Shown: positions 1-12,215, counted from the whole stretch's first letter. The stretch: 63,741 nt of DNA, filler included, from Octopus bimaculoides (GCF_001194135.2; 5 parts of 3 records of this genome joined end to end with filler, not necessarily neighbours in it), one strand, 5' to 3'. Made by a program: numbers and translations. Notes: generated by a model from the sequence alone, not told the origin.

Positions 1-66
<66 letters not shown>
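1..66. repeat. (TTA)n microsatellite
   Basis: Perfect TTA run from the window start. Confidence 0.98.
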
Positions 67-71
<5 letters not shown>

Positions 72-779
72 GCTAGCTGCAATTTAAAACCAAAAGGCAC
101 AAGTACAACCGTCACTAAAGTGACTAGGGGTGCAAGTCAACACCAACATTGGTAGAATAAAGAGTCAAAACAACTCTTAGCCACGGGCAAAGCGCTATCT
201 GTTGACTGACAAGGGAGACAACCTCCCTACGGCATCGATGATTTCGGATAGAATTAATCCCCATCAGTGACGCTACTCCGTTGCCTAAGGTTAAGCTAAG
301 TCATATTGTCAGTTTATAGAAAATATCATAGGAATCAATGGCTGTTCAGTAAAATGGTAAAGTGAAAGTTGTAAATTATTAAAGTGGTTAGTCGCAATTT
401 AAAACGAAATGGAACAAATACAATCGTCACTACGGTGTATACTCAATTTTTCGGCTCACGATTACCAGGAAGAAAAATTGAATATATTTGATCAGCAAAT
501 AGGAAGCGCTTCCTATTGTACTTTAATATTATCTAAGAAACCTTTTGTCTGCCCAGCCCAATATTTCCATTTAGTGGTAAATTCATATAAGCGTTATTAT
601 TGAAGTCACGCATTTTATTTTATCCTTTATAAAAAAATTTCACGTAATGTTTTTCACATATTTTCTTTTTAGTCTACGTGGTTATTCAAATTACGGGTCT
701 GTCTTTGAGACAGAAAAGTTCTATGTACTATCTCCTAAGATAATATATACCTATTCGACAAGCCATAACTTTATACTTT

Positions 780-1420
780 TTATTTTATTTTATTTGAAAC
801 CGTTTACTTAAACACGTTCTTACATAGATTAATACAATGATATTAGTATACATACACACACACACAAACACACACGTCTTGCCAAAGAATATATTGAAAG
901 TGATTTCTAAGTTTCGGCTCAGTTGCCTCATTAAGTAAGGTATTTTGGAGTTTCCAGGATTCTTATATATTTTTAATTCGTCTTGTGAATGGAGCATAAT
1001 GCTTTGAAAGTAAAGGCGGTTTTATAATCTATTATTATTGTATATAGAGAAACACCTATATAAATAGTTTAATAGGGTGAAGAAAATAAAGAGCTGCAGG
1101 GAGAAGGGAGAATATGTAGTAGTATAAAGATAGGAAGAGGAAGATAAAAAGAAGTCTAACGTATAGAGAACTGTAATGGAAGGGAATAGGAGGGTAAAGA
1201 AAACATTGTTTATATGTGCTTTGGTAATTATCACTTGGTAAATATGTTTCATATAGTGTTAGCAATTCATGAAAGGTTTTACGTTCTTGGTTGGACATAT
1301 TCAAGAATACTGATAAACACAAGTATGAGGGATTAAATTTGGAAAATTTTTACATAGTACTAGGATGGAATCTTCCGAACAATTTAACCTTTCATACCCG
1401 TGTTTACAAGTCTGGCGAGT
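780..1420 (-). mobile_element. Highly decayed Penelope-like element 3' part (possible GIY-YIG C-terminus plus tail with hammerhead remnant)
   Basis: Minus-strand reading near 1400-1300 (EDSILVLCKNFPNLI) weakly resembles PLE endonuclease C-termini. It is followed by a pyrimidine-rich tail and a hammerhead-like motif at 903-936. Confidence 0.4.
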
Positions 1421-1766
1421 CTATGTCTACTGTTTGTTTTGAAACATCGCGTCGCGTATTTTCAAAGGAGTAAGAGGTGAATTTTCAATTATGAGCTATT
1501 GATGCTTAAAAATATTAAACAAAATCTTATATACATCCTCGCATACACATGAACATGGACGCTTTCACTTCCAGATACTAGTACTCATATTTTCTTACAC
1601 ATACGTCCACAATATGTAGCCATTTATTACGCGATCATAATACATACATAGATAAATATATTTATACAACTATTCATAAACTTATACTTTCATATACTCA
1701 TACACATACATACACTCATACACACACACTCACACATATATATATCTGTATATATATATATACATA

Positions 1767-1825
<59 letters not shown>

Positions 1826-2025
1826 GTTACAATTAAAAGGGTTTATTACATTTAGTTTAGTTCGTTATTTCTTTTCTTGTTTTTGCCTATGTGAGTTACA
1901 AGTAATGCTATCTGTTGGAGTTTCAGCATTTTAGCTGCTATTTCTGAACTTCGGTATGTGGTGAAGCAACTGTTGCTGATCCCTTAATTTTGTTTATATA
2001 TATATGTATATATATATAAATATTT

Positions 2026-3023
2026 TGAGGCGGGATCAAAAAGTTCCCGGACTAGTCATGTTTTATAAAAATTAGCTTATTTACCTAGGTTTCAATATCA
2101 TCTCCTTCGAAATCNNNNNNNNNNNNNNNNNNNNNNNNNNNNNNNNNNNNNNNNNNNNNNNNNNNNNNNNNNNNNNNNNNNNNNNNNNNNNNNNNNNNNN
2201 NNNNNNNNNNNNNNNNNNNNNNNNNNNNNNNNNNNNNNNNNNNNNNNNNNNNNNNNNNNNNNNNNNNNNNNNNNNNNNNNNNNNNNNNNNNNNNNNNNNN
2301 NNNNNNNNNNNNNNNNNNNNNNNNNNNNNNNNNNNNNNNNNNNNNNNNNNNNNNNNNNNNNNNNNNNNNNNNNNNNNNNNNNNNNNNNNNNNNNNNNNNN
2401 NNNNNNNNNNNNNNNNNNNNNNNNNNNNNNNNNNNNNNNNNNNNNNNNNNNNNNNNNNNNNNNNNNNNNNNNNNNNNNNNNNNNNNNNNNNNNNNNNNNN
2501 NNNNNNNNNNNNNNNNNNNNNNNNNNNNNNNNNNNNNNNNNNNNNNNNNNNNNNNNNNNNNNNNNNNNNNNNNNNNNNNNNNNNNNNNNNNNNNNNNNNN
2601 NNNNNNNNNNNNNNNNNNNNNNNNNNNNNNNNNNNNNNNNNNNNNNNNNNNNNNNNNNNNNNNNNNNNNNNNNNNNNNNNNNNNNNNNNGTGCCACTCGA
2701 AACGTTGTGTATGATCCATTGCCTCTTTGCCCTAAGCTTGCCGAAGCACACTCAATATCCCTGTAGCCAACTTCCCAAGTTTAATGCAAAATTTCATCTT
2801 GGCCCTTTGTTCCAACTTCCTGTCCGTGACAAAACTCGCAGGCTACAAAATACACGTGATCCCAAAATCACAAATTTCACAACTTGCGAAGTAAACACAG
2901 CAATGTCACTCAGCACACTGCCTCATGAAGGTCACCGCCAGCTCTCATTGCACAAGCAGCCGTGTACTGCCATCTTTTGGCGCGCTACAGAACTGGTCAG
3001 GGAACTTTTTGATACCACCCTCT
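2026..3023 (-). mobile_element. Mariner DNA transposon, decayed, middle lost in N-gap
   Basis: Imperfect ~30-bp TIRs (gaggcgggatcaaaaagttcccggactagt / actggtcagggaactttttgataccaccctc) with TA at 3024-3025. Minus strand from 2827 reads DRKLEQRAKMKFCIKLGK...LRQA*GKEAMDHTQRFEWH (mariner N-terminus) and ends DFEGDDIET* (typical YFEGD end). Confidence 0.92.
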
Positions 3024-3118
3024 TATTTTATGTCATAGGAATTTAGAAACTACGAGAGACGTGAAATAATTCTATGGCTCACTTTGCGACCACGTGACAG
3101 ATAGACAAACAGACAGAC

Positions 3119-3160
<42 letters not shown>

Positions 3161-3251
3161 GATAGATAGACAGATAGAAAGGCACACATGTATATGTATG
3201 TATGTGTGCACGTGTGTGTGTCTGTGCATGTGTATTTTATTTGTTTGCTTT

Positions 3252-3418
3252 TCCATCGCTTGACAGCCGGTGTTAGTTTGTTTCCGCCCTCGTAACTTAG
3301 TAGTTCGTCAATAACAACCGATAGAAGAAGTACCAGAATCAAAATACAAGTACTGTGTTGAATTTATTCGATTAAACTCTTCAGTACGGCTAATGCCTGA
3401 AACAAGTAAAAGATAAAA
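3252..3418 (+). mobile_element. tRNA-derived SINE family B, 3' half
   Basis: ccatcgcttgacagccggtg...cgtaacttag...gaaacaagtaaaaga matches the tail of the full copy at 42214-42640. Confidence 0.85.
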
Positions 3419-3492
3419 AATAAACTTTATATACATAATTGCTTACACAAAATAACATGGCGCCGAACTGTTCTGCCGCTGTTCTTTTATCC

Positions 3493-3695
3493 TTTTATTC
3501 TTTTACTCTTTTACTTGTTTCAGTCATTCTACTGCAGCCGTGCTGGAGCACCGCTTTGAAGTGTTTTAGTCGAACAAATCGATACCAGTGCTAATTTTTA
3601 AAGTCTATTACTTATTCTATCGGTCTCTTTTGCTGAACCGCTAAGTTACAGGGACGTAAACTCACCAACACCGGTAGTCAAATTGTGATGGAGTG
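3493..3695 (-). mobile_element. SINE family B, 3' half
   Basis: Reverse complement of the same tail (ttttacttgtttcagtcatt...gctggagcaccgc...ctaagttac). Confidence 0.88.
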
Positions 3696-3732
3696 AGAAA
3701 CAAGCACAGACACAAAGACATACACACACACG

Positions 3733-3776
<44 letters not shown>

Positions 3777-4084
3777 AGAAAATATGGNNNNNNNNNNNNN
3801 NNNNNNNNNNNNNNNNNNNNNNNNNNNNNNNNNNNNNNNNNNNNNNNNNNNNNNNNNNNNNNNNNNNNNNNNNNNNNNNNNNNNNNNNNNNNNNNNNNNN
3901 NNNNNNNNNNNNNNNNNNNNNNNNNNNNNNNNNNNNNNNNNNNNNNNNNNNNNNNNNNNNNNNNNNNNNNNNNNNNNNNNNNNNNNNNNNNNNNNNNNNN
4001 NNNNNNNNNNNNNNNNNNNNNNNNNNNNNNNNNNNNNNNNNNNNNNNNNNNNNNNNNNNNNNNNNNNNGACATACACACACACG

Positions 4085-4128
<44 letters not shown>

Positions 4129-4137
4129 AGAAAATAT

Positions 4138-5160
4138 GGACGATGGAATTAAGAGCGCCAAGAAATTAGTCATAAAAATACTAAGGACAACAAAACATAA
4201 CACCACACCTCATCTCAAAACACTACTGTACACCATAACCCTAGAAACAATGAGGTGTACAACACTATTGTGCAAAATCTTCCTTTACTAACTAGAGACC
4301 CCAAAATGAACAACATCCTGAAAACACATAAATTAATTAAATACAAAAAGCAACGCAAATCGCTAAAGAAACTTCTCACAAATGCGAAGCTTTACACAAC
4401 AACCACAAGCCCAACGGTTTAAAAAATGTGGACGCCCAAAATGTGGAACATACCCCAACCTACTTGAAGGCTTAGATTTCCTTTTCAAACAAAGGAAAGA
4501 GGTTCACAATTAAAACTTCACTTGTGCTCCTGAGAATCTATTTTATGTAATAACCTGCTCGAGTTGTGGATATAACTATATAGGACAGACGAGTAAGACA
4601 TTTAGCCGGAGCACCACTCTGCATAAAGAGCAGATCCGGTTCCCGCGATACAGACAGATTCCTTTAAGTGAACACATAGAGATATGTGCAGGTAACACCA
4701 TACCAAATTTCAGTTTTCCCCTTCTACTAGTGCAAAGAGGCAATTTCTATACGAGAACGTTTAAATAAAGAAACATTATTCATCGAAAAATACAGAATAC
4801 GTCTAAGTATGCACGCATAACCAACTTTGATCTCTATACATATTTTAATTCACGATTACAAGCCCAACACTGTACATATTTCTCCTTACTATTCTTGCTT
4901 TTTGCGCATATTCCCCTACCCCGCCCCACCTAAAGTTGAGCAACTACCTCCCCTGCCCACAATAATAACGATCACCAATTACTTCTTAGATTATCCTGCT
5001 TCTTGAATCCTTCATTCATAAACTCCACACACAACATCATGTCATGATAAGCGAAAGCAAAACCGGTCGACAAACACAATATAAAATATATTTTAAAATA
5101 TAATAAAACTATGTAAAATGTGTGCATTTTCTTTCTTTAATTTCTTATTTATATTACAAT
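4138..5160 (+). mobile_element. Penelope-like retroelement fragment: GIY-YIG endonuclease pseudogene plus 3' tail
   Basis: With frameshifts it reads THNPRNNEVYNTIVQNLPLLTRDPKMNNIL...KCGRPKCGT...TCAPENLFYVITCSSCGYNYIGQT...HKEQIRFPRYRQIPLSEHIEICA...RLNKETLFIEKY. This is the PLE-type GIY-YIG with its Cys motif. Hammerhead remnant at 5040-5072. Confidence 0.92.
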
Positions 5161-5401
5161 TCACNNNNNNNNNNNNNNNNNNNNNNNNNNNNNNNNNNNN
5201 NNNNNNNNNNNNNNNNNNNNNNNNNNNNNNNNNNNNNNNNNNNNNNNNNNNNNNNNNNNNNNNNNNNNNNNNNNNNNNNNNNNNNNNNNNNNNNNNNNNN
5301 NNNNNNNNNNNNNNNNNNNNNNNNNNNNNNNNNNNNNNNNNNNNNNNNNNNNNNNNNNNNNNNNNNNNNNNNNNNNNATATATATATATATATATATATA
5401 T

Positions 5402-5546
5402 ACGACGGGCTTCTTTCAGTTTCCGACTACCAAATCCACTCACAAGACTTTGGTCGGCCCGAAGCTATAGTAAACGACAGTTGCTCAAGGTGCCAAGCAG
5501 TGGAACTGAATCCAGAACTATGTGGTTGGGAAGCAAGCTACTTATC
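5402..5546 (-). mobile_element. SINE family B, tRNA-derived head
   Basis: Reverse complement of ...aagtagcttgcttcccaaccacatagttctggattcagttccactgcttggcaccttg...gaaagaagcccgtcg, ending in (TA)n. Confidence 0.88.
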
Positions 5547-6171
5547 ATACACCCACACTTGTGCCTATATTCATGAGTTTGTGTAATGAATACTATCCTC
5601 CAAATGTTTTGTCCTAAATACAAAGTTGTAAAAAAAAATGAATATAGAAGTAAAACCGTACACCTTCTAAGTAAATACAGGTAACATAAAAGGTTTTATA
5701 AAGGTAAGCAAACAGTCAGATTAGATTGATAGATTATACGTGTTACATAGCTACGTACACCATAGCTACGTACACCATAGCTACGTACACCATAGCTACG
5801 CAAAACTCTGGGATTAAATTTTATATTTTAGAGAAGGATAAAGAGGAATGACATCAGACTTTTGGAGTGGTTTGTACTAATTCGAATAGCAAGAGAATGG
5901 AGATCCTTCGATCTGTTTTATGAAAATAGTGAATAGCTACTGAGACGAAGAATATTTCTATTTCTTATAGAGCAGTGCGAAGCAATTCATCAAATGATGT
6001 TTATGAAGAAGAAATATGTTGTTATTCTCTCTCCAACAAAAGCAACCATCAAAACATACATACATACATATTTACATAATACATACTGCCGTATATGTAG
6101 ATATACAGATATACATGCATGTATATATGCATAGATGCATCCAAACACACAGACACATACACACGCACACG

Positions 6172-6226
<55 letters not shown>

Positions 6227-7289
6227 NNNNNNNNNNNNNNNNNNNNNNNNNNNNNNNNNNNNNNNNNNNNNNNNNNNNNNNNNNNNNNNNNNNNNNNNNN
6301 TATAATAAATAGAGCGACAGAGGTAGTATCAATAACCAAAGTTAAAATATTCACCACTTAAAAGTGAATGTTGCATTAGAACAGACAAATATTGTGAAAT
6401 TTACCATGTGAGAAAACTCTCCTATGGCTATATTGTACTTGAAAGCACATTATAACTATTACCAGCGGCAGACAATCACCGCTACTTCCACCACTCGGAC
6501 TGCTAAATAAATAACAAACTAACTAAACACTTTAATTCCTACCCAGAGCAGTCGGGAGAAATATTTGCATACTGGGTGAAACTGTTTTACCGATGACTTA
6601 GTATAAAAACATAGTTGTATTTATTTATTTATTACCAGTGGTCTATAGATTGGCTAACTTGCTTTCAATTTTTTCTGAGGTGCGTTGCATGCCTTCTTTT
6701 CTGCAAAGTTATGCGTGACGTGATTGAAATAAATATTTCGAGTGGCAGCCATAACACGAACTTCTGACATGTTTCTTCCGAGATAGTTCTTTGTCAGTTG
6801 AAGCTTATTGAATGCATATTCTATTGAGACATTAGGAAATTTGAAGTGAATCACATAGATTTGAAACGATGTTTTCCAATATTTTGTTCAGTAAGTCCAA
6901 GGGATTAAGTTGGTACAGTGTATCATAGTTCTCATGCCGATTAATTCGTTTGAAAGTTCTTTGTCATTTATATATCAGCAATGCAAATTTCTGCAACTGA
7001 CATGCACTTTGTAGTCAAACGATTTTCCGATATTGACAAGATGAATGCTAGGAATTTTCTGTGCAGCGTCAAATCTTCTTGTTAGACTACTAATGAGAGA
7101 ATCGACAATGTCATAAAAAAAAAAAGATGTCCGAAATAATGGTTCTGCATATGTGTCAGGATCTTTTGTCTGGCTTTCATCATTTAACTGGTTTTCATAA
7201 AATCTTTCGCTTTCTCTCAATTGCTTTTTAGTTCGATTTCAATGTACAGACTGTTAGCGATATGTTTTAATTCTGACAGCAGAATGTCA

Positions 7290-7727
7290 AATTAATCTCA
7301 CATTTTCTGCAGGTATTCGATGAAGATTTGAAAGTTGTCCACTTCAACAACAGCAATGACATATCTTGCCAATAATACTGTGATAAGGATGTTAATGGGA
7401 GCAAAAATTTCGATTCAGATGGATGACATAACTATGCACCTGGATGATGACATATATTTAATTCTTGTTAACTCACTCGTGGTCATCGTTTCAAATCTCT
7501 GTGCATCAATTCGAATTTCCTAGTGTTTCAGTAGAAAATACATTCAACGAACTTCAACGAACAAAGAACTACCTCAGAACAAATACGTCACAGAGTCTCC
7601 GCTCGAATCAACATTGAATCGTAACTCAGTCGAAATATCTATTTCAGGCATAACTTTGCAGAAAAAGAAAGCATGCAAAGCACTTCTGAAAAAGTGAAAA
7701 GCAAGTTAGCTATTCACTAAACCATTG
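7290..7727 (+). mobile_element. Second, inverted copy of the same hAT 3' end
   Basis: Plus strand FPSVSVENTFNELQRTKNYLRTN...HNFAEKKACK. DNA is homologous to the reverse complement of 6636-6860. Confidence 0.85.
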
Positions 7728-7729
7728 TC

Positions 7730-7816
7730 AATAAATAAATGAATGAATGAATGAATGAATGAATGAATAAATAAATAAATGAATGAATGAATGAATGAAT
7801 GAATAAATAAATAAAT
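7730..7816. repeat. (AAAT)/(GAAT)n tetranucleotide repeat
   Basis: Directly visible. Confidence 0.95.
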
Positions 7817-9581
7817 GAGAAGGAGAAGCGAATTAAAGTTTAGGTCATTCCAGAATATCCTACAAGACCAATTTGATACTATTGAGATTTTATACCGATT
7901 TCTCACTATCAAATTTAGCTAAAGACTGAGTAGTTGACGTACGATGCAATGACTGATATGCTCTTTGAATAAGAATTTGCCATGTTGTGGGATATAATCG
8001 AGAAAAGGATACTTTCAATAAAAGGTGATTACTTCAGTGCAGTACTCTGTTGAATCAGTTCCACACAAATTCGATGTCATCGACATGGTGAGAAAATAGT
8101 GGTGAGAGTTTCATAAGTATTACCTTTGTACTTCCTTATACGTGACAGTCATATTGGCGTCATTGTCATGACCTAGACCTCTGCAATCTTCCAAAAAAAT
8201 GCTATTTTTCTCAGTGTTTTTCTATATCTGGTATATAATCATAAAACCTGTTTTTCACAAGTTTTCCAAAGATACAGATCTCTCTTTATTCTTAAATTCA
8301 CAATCTGTATTTTGAAAGTAACGTATGATAAATGCTTTACGTTCAACATATGCGTAATAAGGTGCTGTATGAGCTATTATTGAATAGTATTTTGTGTTTG
8401 ATCTTTCAGAGGGAATTTCAAAACAGGTTCGGAGCAAAGTGAAATAAATTAATTTCATGATTCAGCTGACAAATAATGCGCTTGCAACTTTCTTTTGCCT
8501 GGCTTTCTTTAACCTCCATGACATGGTTTTCAAGAATGGTGTTTCCAGTGAGATAAAAGTTCAACCAATCTAATGTAATTCCCATTTAGAAGAACATCGC
8601 TAATCCGACAAGAGTTAGTACAGAATGCTAACCCTTTTCACCCAAAAATAAAATAAAGCTACAACGTGTTTATGCAGAAAATGTTCCATGTATCTGTTTG
8701 AATGAATCCTTTGTTCCAGTTGATNNNNNNNNNNNNNNNNNNNNNNNNNNNNNNNNNNNNNNNNNNNNNNNNNNNNNNNNNNNNAGCCTAACTTTTCGAA
8801 AGAATCGACTTTAAAAGCAAAATATGACTCGTTTCTTGCCATTCTACAATAGGCAATGTCTCTTAGACTTTTTACAATCGTAATTCCTCAGTTTAAAACC
8901 TGGAAAAAAGATTGCTGTGGTAAAATGTGGAGGAAAAGAAAACAAAGATTGCAGCTCACTACCACCCTGAGTAAAAGAGTATGTAATTTTCATACAGATT
9001 TTCAATGTCTTCCACACTCCTCTGTATCAAATTTTCAGCATGAACTCATTCCTTGTACCTTTGATGCATTCGTGCTCTTGACTTGCTTTTAAGTAAAAAG
9101 AATTTTGTTCGCGATCAGGTGTGATTTTTTGGTATACTGTAGCTAACTGATTCATGATCAACAATTTTAGTCAAAGATTTAGATGGAGTCTGCTCTTGAG
9201 CAGATATTTCAGTTCCTACTTATAAATATTCATCGCTCAGCTTTTTTGGAAGTAATACCGACATCCAGTAACGAGTTTTTTTTTTTTCTCTTTGTGTTCC
9301 CGTTCATCCCTCACGTTTCTTTTACTTCGCTTTTGTGCTCTAGACTTTTACATTGATATGATTGATATATATGAAGTACAAAATATGCTTGAATCATACA
9401 AAAGTCTCAGTGAAAAGGATCGCATTAATAAGGATATATTTTATATTTTTAGAATGGTATTATATATGGGATTGACTAGGGGACATCTCATTATAAATAA
9501 ACGATCCTTTGGGTGTGCATATATCTGTGGATGTCATAATAAGATGCTTCTGTGACAAGTGAGTAAATGCATGGTGAATGA

Positions 9582-9620
<39 letters not shown>

Positions 9621-9906
9621 AAGAGTGAGAGAGAGAAGCAGACAGACAGACAAAGACAGTAGGAGACAGAGAGAAAGGAGTTAAAATTTATGTCCCCAAA
9701 AATTATTTCTAGCATAAGTCCATGGCGTCAGATTTGGTGGAAAAGGTCAGTCGATCAAATCGAGTTCAGTATTTGACACTAGTTCTTTGTACAAATCGCA
9801 AGTGCTCTCATCTTCATTGCGATATCGTATAACCTCGGGTAGGTCACAGCACAAACACCAAAATCTCTCTCTTTCTCTCTCGCACACACTCTCTTACCCC
9901 TCTTTT

Positions 9907-9937
<31 letters not shown>

Positions 9938-10504
9938 CTCTCTCTCTCCCCCTCTCTCTCTCCCCCTCTCTCTCTCTCTCCCTATATGTTGTACTTTAGG
10001 TAAACCAATCTGTCAGAGTCTCCAGATCCCCATCATTCTCTAGGTTGAATCCACAGGTAGCTTTGAATAATACATTACTATTTGCTGTTTAGATTGGTAG
10101 TTAGTTGGTGTTGCCTTATAGTACCATTTTACAGTTAAATAAGAACACTGAATTAGACAAACTAAAAAAGTCTCTCTCTCTCTCTCTCTCTCTCTACCTC
10201 TCTCCCTCTCTCCCTCTGTCTGTCTCTGTCTGTCTCTGTCTGCCTCTGTCTGCCTCTGTTTGCCTGTCTGTCTGTCTCTCTCTCTCTCGTTTCCTCTCTC
10301 TCCTTCTGTTGTAAAAGACTCTATAAGAACACTAAATTAGACAAACTAAAAAACGACTCTCTCTCTCTCTTTCTCTCTCTGTCTCTGTCTCTCTCTGTCT
10401 CTGTCTGTCTGTCTGTCTGTCTCTGTCTCTCTCTCTCTCTGTCTCTCTGTCTCTCTCTGTCTCTCTCTCGCTCTCTCTCGCTCCCTCTCTCTCTCTCTCT
10501 CCCT

Positions 10505-10705
10505 CTACGTATGATCACTCGATCAGCCAGCTAGAAATAGGAGCAAATAAACACCCTACTGTCTTAGAAAAGGACGCGTTAAATAACGTGGACATGGATT
10601 CATTGCACATAAGAAAAATATGAGACGGTCGTAATTGGAAGGCCTTCGATCAGAGTTTACCCAGGGTTAAACAATAAAATCAATAATAGCAACAGCAACA
10701 ACAAC
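10505..10705 (+). mobile_element. SINE-like fragment ending in (CAA)n (family D tail)
   Basis: gatcactcgatcagccagctagaaatag...caccctactgtcttagaaaagg...ccagggttaaacaa followed by caacaacaac. A related end (gacctggggctaaa) occurs near 53617. Confidence 0.55.
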
Positions 10706-11159
10706 TCTATACTACTAATAAAAGAAAATATTTAATCATTTCAATTAATTCTTTAAACCGAATTTTGATAAAACATTATAAAAATGTTTTCCTTTTAAAT
10801 ATGTCTCTGAAATCATTCGCAGTAAAAAAAGAAAAATATGTAATTAACTGGTTACAATGAAAGAAAATATTGAAAAAAAAAAAAATTAATGAAATGGTTC
10901 GTATTTTGTGCCGAGCACAGCATTGCGTCTGTAGCGCAGACAACTTAAATCACTAACAGCCCTGTTCAGCTGCCTATCAATAGGTTCAGAGGGTGGAAGG
11001 AAGTGGCTATTGTGAGCAGTGGTAACATTGTAGAATTTGTGAGTAATTCGTGAGCTGCCTGCGTCTTGTTTAAGCTCTCATGATCGTGTGAAGATCGAAT
11101 ACAAGATTTATTCTGCCTTTTCCTCCATTCATATACTGCGAGAACAATTGCGGCTTTTT

Positions 11160-12215
11160 CATCGGAGACAGTGTCAGACAGATTACTTTGAGGTAATTGC
11201 TCTGGCTTACTTTGCGCTGAGTTCAAATCTCGCTGAGGTCAACTGAGGGAATTTCAAAACAGGTTCGGAGCAAAGTGAAATAAATTAATTTCATGATTCA
11301 GCTGACAAATAATGCACTTGCAACTTTCTTTTGCCTGGCTTTCTTTAACCTCCATGACATGGTTTTCAAGAATGGTGTTTCCAGTGAGATAAAAGTTCAA
11401 CCAATCTAATGTAATTCTCATTTAGAAGAACATCGCTAATCCGACAAGAGTTAGTACAGAATGCTAACCCTTTTCACCCAAAAATAAAATAAAGCTACAA
11501 CGTGTTTATGCAGAAAATGTTCCATGTATCTGTTTGAATGAATCCTTTGTTCCAGTTGATACATAATTCAATATATACAGGTTATTATATTCCGGTAAGA
11601 GAATTCTGTCATAGAACTTCCTTTATNNNNNNNNNNNNNNNNNNNNNNNNNNNNNNNNNNNNNNNNNNNNNNNNNNNNNNNNNNNNNNNNNNNNNNNNNN
11701 NNNNNNNNNNNNNNNNNNNNNNNNNNNNNNNNNNNNNNNNNNNNNNNNNNNNNNNNNNNNNNNNNNNNNNNNNNNNNNNNNNNNNNNNNNNNNNNNNNNN
11801 NNNNNNNNNNNNNNNNNNNNNNNNNNNNNNNNNNNNNNNNNNNNNNNNNNNNNNNNNNNNNNNNNNNNNNNNNNNNNNNNNNNNNNNNNNNNNNNNNNNN
11901 NNNNNCTACAATAGGCAATGTCTCTTAGACTTTTTACAATCGTAATTCCTCAGTTTAAAACCTGGAAAAAAGATTGCTGTGGTAAAATGTGGAGGAAAAG
12001 AAAACAAAGATTGCAGCTCACTACCACCCTGAGTAAAAGAGTATGTAATTTTCATACAGATTTTCAATGTCTTCCACACTCCTCTGTATTAAATTTTCAG
12101 CATGAACTCATTCCTTGTACCTTTGATGCATTCGTGCTCTTGACTTGCTTTTAAGTATTTCATCTTTTCGGGGGAGATAAATAAAGCACCAATCCTGTAC
12201 TGAAAGTCAGTTTTT
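11160..12215 (+). mobile_element. SINE family A copy split by an inserted hAT-derived duplicate (insert 11245-12157)
   Basis: Left half ...tgagttcaaatctcgctgaggtcaact ends near 11244. Right half tttcatcttttcgggggagataaataaagcacc resumes at 12158. Confidence 0.8.

Larger units (their letters stand above)
6636..9100 (-). mobile_element. Decayed hAT transposon, ZMYM1/FAM200-like transposase
   Basis: Minus-strand remnants in the correct order: ILENHVMEVKESQAKRKLQAHYLSAES; KYYSIIAHTAP...FIIRY; EDCRGLGHDNDANM (cf. CRGQGYDNGANM); FRTSFFFYDIVDSLISSLTRRF; FPNVSI...FNKLQLTKNYLGRNMSE...HNFAEKKA (hAT dimerisation domain). CAGTGG-type terminus at 6636. Confidence 0.88.

Noticed and set aside
3718-4139. 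Direct repeat gacatacacacacacgca...cataagaaaatatgg on both sides of a gap
   Set aside because: Identical sequence on both flanks of an N-run indicates overlapping contig ends, an assembly artefact.
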